DNA from: a virus | IMG/VR virus record: IMGVR_UViG_3300035145_004174 | Span: 37,072 to 101,071 of that record | Length of the DNA: 64,000 bases | Strand: one strand, 5' to 3' | Shown: one piece after another, positions 50,587 to 61,142 of the stretch | Position numbering within the stretch: the stretch's first letter is position 1 | How the letters are laid out: every line of letters starts with the position of its first letter | Position numbers and translations under genes: made by a program | Notes under the pieces: generated by a model | Database searches by the model: none | Told to the model about the DNA's origin: nothing | Seen by the model: only the letters and a program-made list of their open reading frames with translations

Positions 50587-50617
50587 CATGGTTTGAAACA
50601 GAATATATTGTAAGAGA

Positions 50618-50809
50618 ATGAAAAGCGAAGATATAGAATTCATTATTAAACAAACTTTAATTGAAGCATCTTTACATCACGATGAAGATAGTAGACAAAG
50701 ATATTACAATGGAATACTTGAATTAGTAAATCATTACAAGTATCTTGAGAACAAAATGAGAGAGATTATGGATGCTAGGTATAATGACGGAGCAGGGAGA
50801 GAAAATTAA
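50618..50809 (+). CDS. hypothetical early protein
   Basis: TTGACA(50583)-17-TATTGT; ATG 7 nt after the -10. Confidence 0.6.
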   Translation: MKSEDIEFIIKQTLIEASLHHDEDSRQRYYNGILELVNHYKYLENKMREIMDARYNDGAGREN

Positions 50810-50909
50810 TTTTTAAAAAATTTAAAAAAAAGTTTGACATACCATTTTATATATGCAATACTAAGTTCATAGTTTAAATTTTATCACACAAAAAAGAAAG
50901 TAAAGCGAA

Positions 50910-53222
50910 ATGATTATCACACAAAAAAGTAAAGAACAAGTCGTTCAATCACATGACTTTGAACAAGTCAACTGCACCATTGATGCCGAAGATATGCGCT
51001 ATGTAGCATCTCTTCTTCGTAACAACTACTCTAATACTCGTCTTGCAGTAGTTCGTGAGATTAGTGCCAATGCTATTGATGCAAACAAAGAGGCAGGAGT
51101 TACTCGTCCTATCGAGATCAAGTTGCCATCAACTATGACTCCAACATTTGCAGTTCGTGACTTTGGGGGTGGACTTAGCCAAGAAGATGTGTTTGGTCTT
51201 TATTCCAAGTATGGTAAGTCAACCAAGCGCACATCAAACAATTATATTGGTGCATTCGGTATTGGCAAGTTTGCTCCATTATCTTATGGTGACAACTTCA
51301 CTTGTGTATCTTATCATGGTGGATTAAAAACATCTTACAATGTATTCGTTAATGATGATGACGATACAAAGATTGTTAAGTTGCATGAAGAACCAAGCAA
51401 CGAACCAACAGGTTTATCTATCGAAGTTGCAGTTGCAGAAGGTGATATATCAGAATTTACTGATGTTGTCAAGAAATTTTTCAGATTCTTTCCCGAAGAT
51501 GAAATGCCAAAATTTATTGGTCAAGAAGATGACTTTATTCCCGAAATTAAAACTTCATTAAAAAGCGAGAAAGATAATTGGTTTATCTTAGAAAATGATG
51601 ATAATGGATATTATGGTTATAATCATTCTTGTCATGTTATCATGGGTAAAGTTACTTATCGTCTCGACAGAAGTGCGGTAAATGTAAGTAACTTTATTAA
51701 AGACGATAAAGCTAAACAAATCGTAGGTGAATTATTAGAAGAAAGAAACTTCTATCTTCGTATGCCAATAGGTTCTGTAAAATTGCATCATAGTCGTGAA
51801 GCATTAGAATATAACAAGACAACACAAAAAGAATTATGCAAAGCATTATATAATGCAAGTCAAGAAATTCTTGAAATCGCTAAGTTGAAACTTGCAGATA
51901 GTGCAGATTTGTGGGAAGCAAAAAGAAATCATGCAGTTATAGTCAATAGTTTATCTCATTCAATGCGCAGGATTTTTGATAATGCTTTTGAATGGAACGG
52001 CGTAAAGATTGAAAATGCTCATTTCTCTGTTCCTTATGATGAATCAGAGAACATTACCATTACTAGATCAATCAGAACTAAAGACAATGACGCTCGCAAT
52101 GGTTACAAAGTTACTTCTAGTAAGCAAAACAAAGCATTTTGTCAAGACAATTATTTGTTCGTATATCAAGATTTAGACTCTTCTCATGGCAACAATCTTC
52201 GTGCTAGAACATTGTTCAATGAAGATGAAAATTTAGAAGAAATCTTTTTCATTAATCCTACCAATCAAGATGGTATTGATTATATGAAGAACGAATGGAG
52301 TTTTAATTTAATTGACTCAAAGCATATTCGTTATGCATCGAAAATTGAGAAAGAAAAACCTGTTTACAATCGTGTAAGTGGAGAGAGCAGAGCATCTATA
52401 CCATTATTCAAAATGGTCAAGAAAAAAGGTTATGCTCATAAAAATGTAGATTATTGGTCAAATGTTAATGATCCAATCAATTCTGTTGAAGCAGGAGATA
52501 TGGAAGGTTCTATTGATGGAAAATTAATCTATGTTCCAATCACTCGTTATCAAATTGATTGCCCTAAAAATGAATTATGGGACTTGGATAAAGTATATAG
52601 TTTGTCTAGTCAAGTTCGTGCAGTTGGCAAGTCAGCAGATAATGAAGAGTTGGCAAATTTAGTTGTCTTCGGTGTTCGCAAAGCAGATGTTAAGAAATTA
52701 GATAAATCTAATTGGGTTAGTTTTGCTGATTTTATGCTTGACCATTACAAGGAATATGTTAGAGAGAACAAAAGAAATTGTTCTATTACATTCAGAAGGG
52801 TATTAACCTCAGAATCACAATCAGATTATCAAAAGATTATGGACTCTCTTAGTCCTATTGAAAATGTGTTTGTTAATCCAAATATGAATTTAAATTTTCT
52901 CTCAGAGGATCATCTCTTGCATCAAGTGAATGACATCTGTTCAGTAATGAATACCGCAGATCATAAGCAAAAAGCATCTTCTTCAGTTATGTATATTGCT
53001 CTACATGATCGCCAATGGTTAAAGGATACTTTAGATGTTGACGTTGATTCAGAATCAATGCTCAAAACTATTGAGAAAGTAACAAGCAAGTATTCTCTTT
53101 TAAGTTTTATTGCCGATTCCATTTCTTACTATGGCGCAGTCAAAGATCATTACAGACATGGCAATATTCAAACCAAGTTTGAAGGCTACATAAATTTGTG
53201 TGATAAAGGAGATGGGGAGTAA
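50910..53222 (+). CDS. rIIA: rIIA-like protein (GHKL/Hsp90-type ATPase N-domain)
   Basis: YSN...AVVREISANAIDA, VRDFGGGLS, YGKSTK..SN..IGAFGIG, SREALEY; followed by an rIIB-like gene. Confidence 0.85.
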   Translation: MIITQKSKEQVVQSHDFEQVNCTIDAEDMRYVASLLRNNYSNTRLAVVREISANAIDANKEAGVTRPIEIKLPSTMTPTFAVRDFGGGLSQEDVFGLYSKYGKSTKRTSNNYIGAFGIGKFAPLSYGDNFTCVSYHGGLKTSYNVFVNDDDDTKIVKLHEEPSNEPTGLSIEVAVAEGDISEFTDVVKKFFRFFPEDEMPKFIGQEDDFIPEIKTSLKSEKDNWFILENDDNGYYGYNHSCHVIMGKVTYRLDRSAVNVSNFIKDDKAKQIVGELLEERNFYLRMPIGSVKLHHSREALEYNKTTQKELCKALYNASQEILEIAKLKLADSADLWEAKRNHAVIVNSLSHSMRRIFDNAFEWNGVKIENAHFSVPYDESENITITRSIRTKDNDARNGYKVTSSKQNKAFCQDNYLFVYQDLDSSHGNNLRARTLFNEDENLEEIFFINPTNQDGIDYMKNEWSFNLIDSKHIRYASKIEKEKPVYNRVSGESRASIPLFKMVKKKGYAHKNVDYWSNVNDPINSVEAGDMEGSIDGKLIYVPITRYQIDCPKNELWDLDKVYSLSSQVRAVGKSADNEELANLVVFGVRKADVKKLDKSNWVSFADFMLDHYKEYVRENKRNCSITFRRVLTSESQSDYQKIMDSLSPIENVFVNPNMNLNFLSEDHLLHQVNDICSVMNTADHKQKASSSVMYIALHDRQWLKDTLDVDVDSESMLKTIEKVTSKYSLLSFIADSISYYGAVKDHYRHGNIQTKFEGYINLCDKGDGE

Positions 53223-53240
53223 AATCCCCTCTCCAAACTT
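53208..53240 (+). terminator. GC-rich hairpin over the rIIA stop (terminator or stabiliser)
   Basis: GGAGA-T-GGGGA GTAAAA TCCCC-TCTCC, then AAACTTTTT. Confidence 0.55.
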
Positions 53241-53316
53241 TTTAAAAAAAATCTTGACTTATTAAAAAAATCAATCTATACTCTTAACATAACATTAAAT
53301 TAGAAAGCTAAAAATT

Positions 53317-54501
53317 ATGAATAAAGTTCCATACATACAAAGCGAAAATTCACTCACAATCTTTTGGGAAGGTAAACCATATACTCTCCGCAAAGATCAT
53401 CCTAATTTCCACAATGCCAAGAAAGCTATTCTTGATGGTGAATATGATCGTTTAGGTGATTTAGTTGACATTGCTAAGTCAGTTGAAGATTTTGTAGAAG
53501 GTGACATCGAAGTTAAAGACGAAGTTGTTTATTACAAGGGGCATCGTCTTCATGGTGTTGTTGTAGATAAATTAATTGAAATGCTTCGTGCAGGTGCAAA
53601 AGATTCTGCTCCAATCGTTAATTTCATTACTAGATTGCAAGCTAATCCAAGTGCTAATAGTGTTGCAGAATTGTATACATTCCTTGGTTACAAATCTTTA
53701 CCAACAACCCCCGAAGGTCTTTGTCTTGGTTACAAGGGTGTTCAAGGTGATTATTGGAGTAGCACAGGCAATGCAGATACCATTGTTGTGCAAGGTCAAA
53801 CCAACGAGCGTCATCAAATTCTCAATGAAGTTGGCACAACTATCGAAGTTGCACGTCGTTGTGTAGATGACAACAAAGATAACCATTGCAGTTTCGGTCT
53901 TCATGTCGGTTCATACGATTACGCCAACGATTGGGCAGGAGAAAGTGGTAGATTGCTTGTTGTAGAGTTTGATCCTGCTGATGCAGTCTCCGTTCCAACT
54001 GATTGTGACTTTCAAAAGCTACGTGTCTCAAAGTACAGAGTTGTGTCTGACATTACAGATACTCGCAAAGAGTTAAATAGACCTGTATACGAGGCTAATA
54101 AACCTATTTATGGATCGGATGATGACATCAACTTCGATGAAGACGAAGAAGATGAAAACGATTGGGTAGATCAAGGCGAATGGGATGATGATGATTCTGA
54201 TTGGACTGAAGATGAACATCGTGACTTTGTAGCTAAAGAATTTGAAGATGATGATGAACCCGATGGTTACAATGGTGAAGAAGATAATCGTATTTCTTTA
54301 GTTGACTCATATAATGTCTATATTGGAAATCGCTTGCACAATGGTCAAAAAGTAACATTAAAAAATCTTGCAGATATTAAAGTTTCAAGAGATGAAAACT
54401 TGACTTGTTCTGAAATTATGAATATTGTCAATAAAGAAACTAATTATTTCGTCAGATGCGATGACGATAGACCTCTTTATTTATATGAAGTAGAAGTGTA
54501 A
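53317..54501 (+). CDS. rIIB: rIIB-like protein
   Basis: NPS..SV.ELY.FL, PEG..LGYKGV..DY, CSFGLHVGS..YA, DPADAVSVPTD...KLRVSKY; acidic linker. Confidence 0.88.
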   Translation: MNKVPYIQSENSLTIFWEGKPYTLRKDHPNFHNAKKAILDGEYDRLGDLVDIAKSVEDFVEGDIEVKDEVVYYKGHRLHGVVVDKLIEMLRAGAKDSAPIVNFITRLQANPSANSVAELYTFLGYKSLPTTPEGLCLGYKGVQGDYWSSTGNADTIVVQGQTNERHQILNEVGTTIEVARRCVDDNKDNHCSFGLHVGSYDYANDWAGESGRLLVVEFDPADAVSVPTDCDFQKLRVSKYRVVSDITDTRKELNRPVYEANKPIYGSDDDINFDEDEEDENDWVDQGEWDDDDSDWTEDEHRDFVAKEFEDDDEPDGYNGEEDNRISLVDSYNVYIGNRLHNGQKVTLKNLADIKVSRDENLTCSEIMNIVNKETNYFVRCDDDRPLYLYEVEV

Positions 54502-54521
54502 AACTTATAATTTAAATAAAC

Positions 54522-57500
54522 ATGAAAGAATTGACGCATGATTTAGAAACCTTAGCTTCATTGGAATCTCAGTTCAGAGAAGAGTATGAGGATGAATATT
54601 TAATTAAACAAATTAATTTGCATAAAAAAAGTTTATTATTTTTTCTCAGAAAAAAAGATTTTAATAGGTCTAGGTACGAATGTAACTCACTAATGAACAA
54701 ATTAATTTATTACCTAATTGATTGATATGGAACTAATTATAGTAATAATCGGAGTGTGTTTTGTCGCTTATTTTTTAGATAAATAATAAAAAATTAAAAA
54801 AAACATTTGACAATCGAAAAAAAATAAACTAAAGTTGTATTATGAAAAAAGATAAAGTGTTGCTAGTTAGAGAAATTACATATCATAAAATAGAATCTAT
54901 TGACGATTTAAAATTCTATACTGATTGTGATACCTCAAAAATTAAATCGGCTAAAGATTTGGGTTTCGTATCTATCAAAGATATAGATGAAAGATTAGAA
55001 GATTTTTACGAAACTAAAAAGGGTGATGGTTGTGGATTTTCACTTTCGGAAGATACTCAAGATCATTGGGGGGAAGATTATGCTATTTTTGATGCAGATG
55101 ATAAAGAAGGAATGTTTAATTGGGAAACAAACTATTTGTTTAAATAAAAAATGGAAGAAAATGTATCATTTGAACTAGATGGATTTGAGTTTAGCGACAA
55201 TGGCATAGATTATTTTGCAAATATCGAGGGGGATGCGAATTGGTGCATTGATAACGATTCTTTTGATTATGCAGGAACTCATTGCACAAACGGAGCAAGT
55301 GGAACTCATACTTTGCCCGACTATGCCATACTTCAAGACTTCAAGATACATAAAATAACATTATATTTTGAATTAAAGGATGAATATACTAATCATTGGT
55401 TTGAAGCAGAAAAATCATTTGATTACTCTCACAAAGAACATCAAGATTTTATTAATTTCTTTGAAACACAACATGGAGAAAACTTATATGATGCAATTCA
55501 AAAACAAGAAGATGATGAATCTAATGTAATCGAATGGTTACAAGAAGTTTAAATTAAATTAATAAAAGTTTTTTAAAATTTTATTTGACAAGTAGAAAGG
55601 AATATGCGAAAGTATAGTTATGAATACGACAGAAGCATTTTTAGCAAGTATAGATCAATCAATCGCACAAAGAAAAAAGATTGAAGCATCAATACCATAT
55701 AAAGGCATGAATACTTATCGAGATAAATCCACAATGGTGATGGAAAAGTTCTTTGACCCCAAGGCATTTGAGTATGCAAAACAAGCAACTGCACGTAAAG
55801 GTCAATCAAGTATTCTTAGGTTTCAAATGGATGGAATGGGTAGATTAAAATGAACTTAGAGCATCATGGATGATGAATAAATCAAATTGTTAATCAAAAG
55901 TTGCGAAAATGATTCACAAAGCATGATAAAAGATGCAAAATCTTTGTTTAACTATACAAACACAAATTTTTCATAAAAAAACCATCAAAATGCTTGACGT
56001 ATCATGCAAATTAGCCTACTTTAACGGCATGAAGGAAACAGAAATTATAGTCAAATTACAAGATTACATTGATGATTGCGGAATAGTAGAATTAGTTAGT
56101 TTATATAATTTTGTATTTAATGAAGAAATCACTTGGGAAGATATAGAATGGAATAAATAAAATAAAATATATAAATATGATTATACACAAACAAGATGTA
56201 AACCTATTAGAAGATGTACTTCAAATCTTACGAGACTATTCTCTCATGGATGGTTTTGAGGAAAATTATAATGATTACGAGTTAGAATGGATTAAAGAAT
56301 CTATATCTAAATTAGATATGCTCAAAGAAAGGGCAAAGCAAGAATTTTTAAATACATGAAAAGAATTGATATAAAGTCACACATGAGAGAATTATTTAGA
56401 GAACAAGGTCTTTTAGAAGATTTACCTACATACGAAGAGTATACAGAAGATATGCCACTAATAGATCAATTAACGATGTATTATGAGGTTGACATTGATA
56501 ACTTTATAGGTAATCCTTGGGACATCATCAAAGATATGACAGAAGATTATTCAAAATGGTTAAAAGAGTTTAATAAACAATTCAAAGAATATTTACAAGA
56601 AAGGGATTATATACGATGAATGAAATAAATTATTATAGAGTGAACGAAATTCCTTATTTTCATATTGCAGAAATTGTTAAAGAAGGTCATTCTCTTTATG
56701 GTAAAAAAGTTAAAGTTGATGCTTTTACTATTGACGATACAACTAATAAGATTTATCATGTAGGTTGGGATAGAGCAATAAAATCTCATGTAGAAAAAAT
56801 TAATAACAAGAAAAGAAAAGAACAATTATATATGCCATGAAAGAACTTAAAGAAAAATTAAATAAAGTTATCTTCAAGCAAGTTGAGATGGTAAATAAAT
56901 ATGGCTCAAATACTCTTTCTACTTGCGATCATTATAATTGGGATAAAGATATTTGGAATCATAGATATTCTATCATTGACAAGTTTATTGATTTAGGTTT
57001 TAATGTTGATAGTCAAATGAATCATGGAGTATTAGATATAACAATAACTGCAAACTTAGAATTATGAAAGTAACAGAAGTTAAATATGTTAAAACGATTA
57101 ATGGTGGATGTTCTTATCGTTGCAAAACAAACATTAAAGGCATAGAAATATGCAATGATGGAAATGGTGGAGCAACTTATATAGATGGAGCATTTCAGAA
57201 TATTAAATTGCTCAAAGACTATACAGAATGGGAATTAGAAGATTTAATTGACGAATATGAGAGTGGAAACAATGATTGATGAAGAAAATGAAGATTTATG
57301 GTTGACAGGTATGAGTTAATACGTTTATATTGATTACATATTATTAATCACACGTTTACAAAAGGAGAAAAAATCGACATGAACATTGAAACATTATCAG
57401 CAGATGAAGTTTGGAATAAAACAAATGGAACTCGTTATCAAGATACAATCGAAACAAGTTATTTTAATTTAATTAATTTATTTGGTTTGCCAACATTTGG

Positions 57501-59505
57501 TAAAGGAGATAAAACATTATGTGAGTGGGTGCTACAAAATCATTTGGGCGACATTGTAACTATTTACGATTGGAAATCCAACACAAACGATCCCGAACTC
57601 GTAACTCGTTGGAACTTAGGGGGTAATGGAGATACTTATTCAAATGTTTTTCTTGACCAAGTAATGGAAAAAATTAAAAAAGGTGTTGACGTGCAGAATC
57701 TTGTATGCTAATTTGTTATTATGAATTATCAAACAGACCCAATTACATTTCAAATCCCCTCAAATGGTGGATATAATTATAGATTTAGTGAATGTGTAGA
57801 ACAAATGGCACAATTAGCAGGTCGATATTTTGACATATATGTTGAAGATACAAGTCCAATTAGCAATATGCTTGACGAAATAGTTGTAAATGCAATGCGA
57901 GAACAAGAAAAACAAAACAAATTAGATAATATAAATGGGGGATCAAAATGAAAAAAGTTGTAGTTAAAGGTTATACATACGAAACGGATTTAAATGTTAA
58001 AGTTGGTGATGTCGTAGAATTGCCAAGTGCTTATTGGTTGAGGGATATATTAGGTGATACATGGGAAGGTGTTGTTAATTCACTAGAAAGTGATTATGTT
58101 GGTAGTTGTGCAAAAATAATTAGAATCGTCAAGCAAGCAGAGAGAAGCAAATGAATAAAGATATTTTACTTGTTTTAAAAATACATTATAGAAATTATTT
58201 TGAAGGAATAAAGATAAGATTGAGAAATCTTTTAGATATTGAAATTGAAGATGAGGTATTAACTTATGTTTTGTTCAAACTAGAGAAAGAATCTAATTTA
58301 ACTAAATTACAATTTGGAGCAAAGAAAGTTGATGATGTATATGATTTAGTTGTACAAAATTTACATTTGATAGAAGAATGTAGAAAAAACATAGAATATT
58401 AAAATTTATAAATTTTTATTTGACAGAGTATAAATCATTTGCTAGAGTATTATTAAATCAAGATTATTAACCTTAAAAATTATTAGAAATGAGTAAAGCA
58501 CTAAAATCACACATAGCAAACAATATACTTAATGGAACTTACATCATGCAAAGAAAATGGCGCGACTATGGTTCTGTTGTGGAAGACTCTATAAAAGCGC
58601 AACAAAAACAATTTGAAAGAAAGTTGGCAATGATCCAACAAGCAAAACAAGATAAATTAATCAAGTAATTTAAGTAATGCAAGATAAAGTAAATAGTTTA
58701 GATGATCTTAAATGGTCTTCAAGCCACAAAGTTGGCGATATAACCATCTCTATCATTCAAGGTAAGGGTTGTGTTGGCAAAAGACTATCAAGAACCTTTG
58801 AGGTATGGATATGGGACTCTATTGGCGATATTCCATACAAAGGTCAATTCGATGCAGAAATGACTACTGATCCATTTGTTATTTATGATTGTGATTTATT
58901 AGATTTAATTAAACAAATTGAACTTGATCCACAAGGATGGGTAAAAAACCAAAGAGATGCTTTTAATGAACTCGGATGATATTATAAAAAGAATAATGAA
59001 AGTTGTTGAGAATAACTTCAGTTCAACAGATATGTTAATGTTCAATTTCGCGCTAAAATCATTGAATGAAGAACTAGATAATTGGCACAACTTAAACAAC
59101 GAAGAAAGAGAAGAAATTAAACAATCTGTTAGAAGCATTATAGCTTTAGGAATTATTTAAATTTTCCCTTGACTTTTATGTAAATTACAATTAACTTATA
59201 ACTAAATTACAATATTATTACAATTTATGAGATATTCAGTATATGATTCAAGAGGTCAATGGCAAGCAAGCTATTCCCACAATATCCCTAACGTTCCCCT
59301 CAAAGAAGTCAAAAAATGGGCAATTCTTACAGGAAAACTCGTTGGGGGCAAGGTCTATGAATACATCGTTCCTAGTGATAGAAGATATAAACCTAAAGAA
59401 CATCTTCTATATGATTTTACTAATTATAAGTCTCAATTAAGAGATGATCAACCAAATCATTCTAATAAACATAACAATAAAGAGAATAAACAAGAGAAAG
59501 AATAA
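54522..59505 (+). CDS. array of about 18 small plus-strand early genes (including corrected 56029..56160 and unlisted 58489..58668)
   Basis: Co-oriented short acidic ORFs with TTGAC promoters at 54807, 55585, 55994, 57302, 57686, 58420 and 59169; no family recognised. Confidence 0.55.
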
Positions 59506-59592
59506 AGGAATTTATACAGAATTTATACTTAAATTAATTTAATGTATTATGGTTGATTGAGTAGTGCGAGATTTAAATATATAAATAATTCT

Positions 59593-59622
59593 ATTATAAC
59601 ACACATTTATAATTTATGTCAA
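59593..59622 (-). promoter_or_regulatory. consensus sigma70 promoter on the minus strand (antisense)
   Basis: Reverse complement reads TTGACA-18-TATAAT with a TG extension; no minus-strand ORF follows in the track. Confidence 0.55.
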
Positions 59623-59963
59623 GCAAAAAATTTGATTTAAAAGAATTGCGATTTGAGCAACAAGAATATTTAAAAGAATTAAAACAAATAAGAGATGGTA
59701 TAGATTCAGATTATTTTAATTTTACTTTATCAGAGAAAGCAGAATTATATAAACTATTTAATAAACAAATATACTTTATAGAAGGAGTAGTAAATACAAT
59801 AGCAAATTTAATAGAAGAGTTAAATACAAGTACAGAAGAAACAGAAACAAAACAATTAGAAGATAGAGCGATTAAACTATTTAATTTCTTAATAGAGGAA
59901 TTAGATGAAAAGCAAAAAGAAATAGATGAAATATTAAATAATTACTTTACAGAGGGTTCTTAG
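59616..59963 (+). CDS. coiled-coil hypothetical protein
   Basis: 115 aa; its stop codon lies inside the tRNA. Confidence 0.5.
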   Translation: MSSKKFDLKELRFEQQEYLKELKQIRDGIDSDYFNFTLSEKAELYKLFNKQIYFIEGVVNTIANLIEELNTSTEETETKQLEDRAIKLFNFLIEELDEKQKEIDEILNNYFTEGS

Positions 59964-60027
59964 CTCAGTTGGTTAGAGCATCCGACTCATAATCGGCAGG
60001 TCGAGAGTTCGAGCCTCTCAGAACCCA
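59954..60027 (+). tRNA. tRNA with CAU anticodon, most likely Ile2 (lysidine), otherwise elongator Met
   Basis: GGGTTCT/AGAACCC acceptor, GCTC/GAGC D-arm, CCGA-CTCATAA-TCGG, T-loop TTCGAGC. No initiator features; CCA not encoded. Confidence 0.9.
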
Positions 60028-60047
60028 CTATTTAAATTAAACAAATA

Positions 60048-60469
60048 ATGACGGAATTTATAGAACTGACAGAACTATGGCAAAATAAACAATATAATTT
60101 AATAGGAGAAATAATAAGAGAAGAAGAATGGGATCAAATAAGAGTAGCTGAATTTTGTGCTTACTTCGCCAAATATATAGGATTGCATGACCTTCAAATA
60201 TTATACAAATTCTTATAGAATTACGCGAAATTTAAATTAATTTAATTAAATAATAAAAAATTAAAAAAAGATTTGACATATCTAACTTATTCTAGTATTG
60301 TTGTTGTATGAATGAAAATATAAAACTATTAGCGGAAATTAAATTAACCTTTGATAATAATGTTAAATGGGGAGAAGATAATAAACAAAGTGCATTAGAA
60401 GTTTTAGGTGATTTAATATATGATTTACAAAAATTAGAAGAGGCAAGTGTGCAATGCGAAGAATCTTAA
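60048..60469 (+). CDS. two small genes not in the ORF track (60048..60218, 60308..60469)
   Basis: 56 aa and 53 aa ORFs; the second is leaderless behind TTGACA(60273)-17-TATTGT. Confidence 0.55.
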
Positions 60470-60491
60470 TTATATTATTTATATTTATTAA

Positions 60492-60571
60492 TGTCGGGTG
60501 TACTAAATCCCAACACCAATGGGGTGATGTATGCGAGGGGACGTCTTCATGCCCCGAATTGGGTCACGGCA
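60492..60571 (+). ncRNA. candidate structured RNA (three-way junction), strand uncertain
   Basis: GC-rich island: CCCAA/TTGGG enclosing CACC/GGTG and GGGG/CCCC hairpins. Confidence 0.4.
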
Positions 60572-60627
60572 CTTGTCCATTTTGTTTTGATGAAAATTAC
60601 TTAGATTAAATAATTGAAAAAAAAACC

Positions 60628-60713
60628 TTGATTTTTCTAAATAAGAGTCTATAATAAAACAAATAATTGAGAAACTAAACTCAATCAAATCAAATAAGTC
60701 GTTCTTTTACATT
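60628..60713 (+). promoter_or_regulatory. sigma70 promoter + hairpin + boxA-like antitermination leader
   Basis: TTGATT-16-TATAAT; ATTGAG/CTCAAT hairpin at 60666-60685; GTTCTTTTACA at 60701. Confidence 0.55.
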
Positions 60714-60720
60714 TTCATAT

Positions 60721-60823
60721 AGGGGAGTTATGCAGAACCGCCTTTGGTTCTGTGGCAGAAGTAATAGATTTAGGGTTAATCATAATAATGTCTTGCTGAG
60801 GTGAGATGAATCTTCTGCCCCCT
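60721..60823 (+). ncRNA. candidate multi-stem structured RNA
   Basis: AGGGG/CCCCT ends, GCAGAACC/GGTTCTGT hairpin, GGCAGAAG/CTTCTGCC stem enclosing a TCTTGC-TGAG-GTGAGA hairpin. Confidence 0.5.
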
Positions 60824-60852
60824 GCTATTTTGGAAGAGCTAGCTACTCTTCC

Positions 60853-61034
60853 TGTGGGTGACTGAATTAACCTGTCGTGAGCGGGTTAAGGTATGCGATT
60901 CTCTGTGGTGGAGTGCCAATGGACAAATGTCTGAGGTAGGACAAACACCAAGTCTAATCGTAGTTGGAAGTAGGTAATCATTGAACTGCTGTTCACGCCG
61001 AAAACTTGAGGGTATACAGGAATCCCTCCCCACA
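60853..61034 (+). ncRNA. manA-like RNA motif
   Basis: TGTGGG/CCCACA closing stem; GGTGACTGAA, TTAACC/GGTTAAGGT, CGATT/AATCG, GTGGTG...ACCA, GAGGG-TATACAGGAAT-CCCTC. These blocks match my recollection of cyanophage manA RNAs. Confidence 0.6.
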
Positions 61035-61052
61035 CATTTTCCATCCCTACAT

Positions 61053-61097
61053 ACCCTCTCTCTGTTTTTTCCTTTCGGCAGGGAGAGGGTTTTTTTT
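61053..61097 (+). terminator. intrinsic terminator closing the ncRNA operon
   Basis: ACCCTCTCTCTG...CAGGGAGAGGGT followed by a T tract. Confidence 0.85.
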
Positions 61098-61142
61098 GCA
61101 TTTTTATTTGACAGGGGTTCTCTTATATGGAATATTGTTGGT

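Noticed and set aside
60492-60571. Hammerhead or HDV/theta ribozyme call
   Set aside because: The CUGANGA core is absent and I could not build a complete HDV double pseudoknot on either strand.
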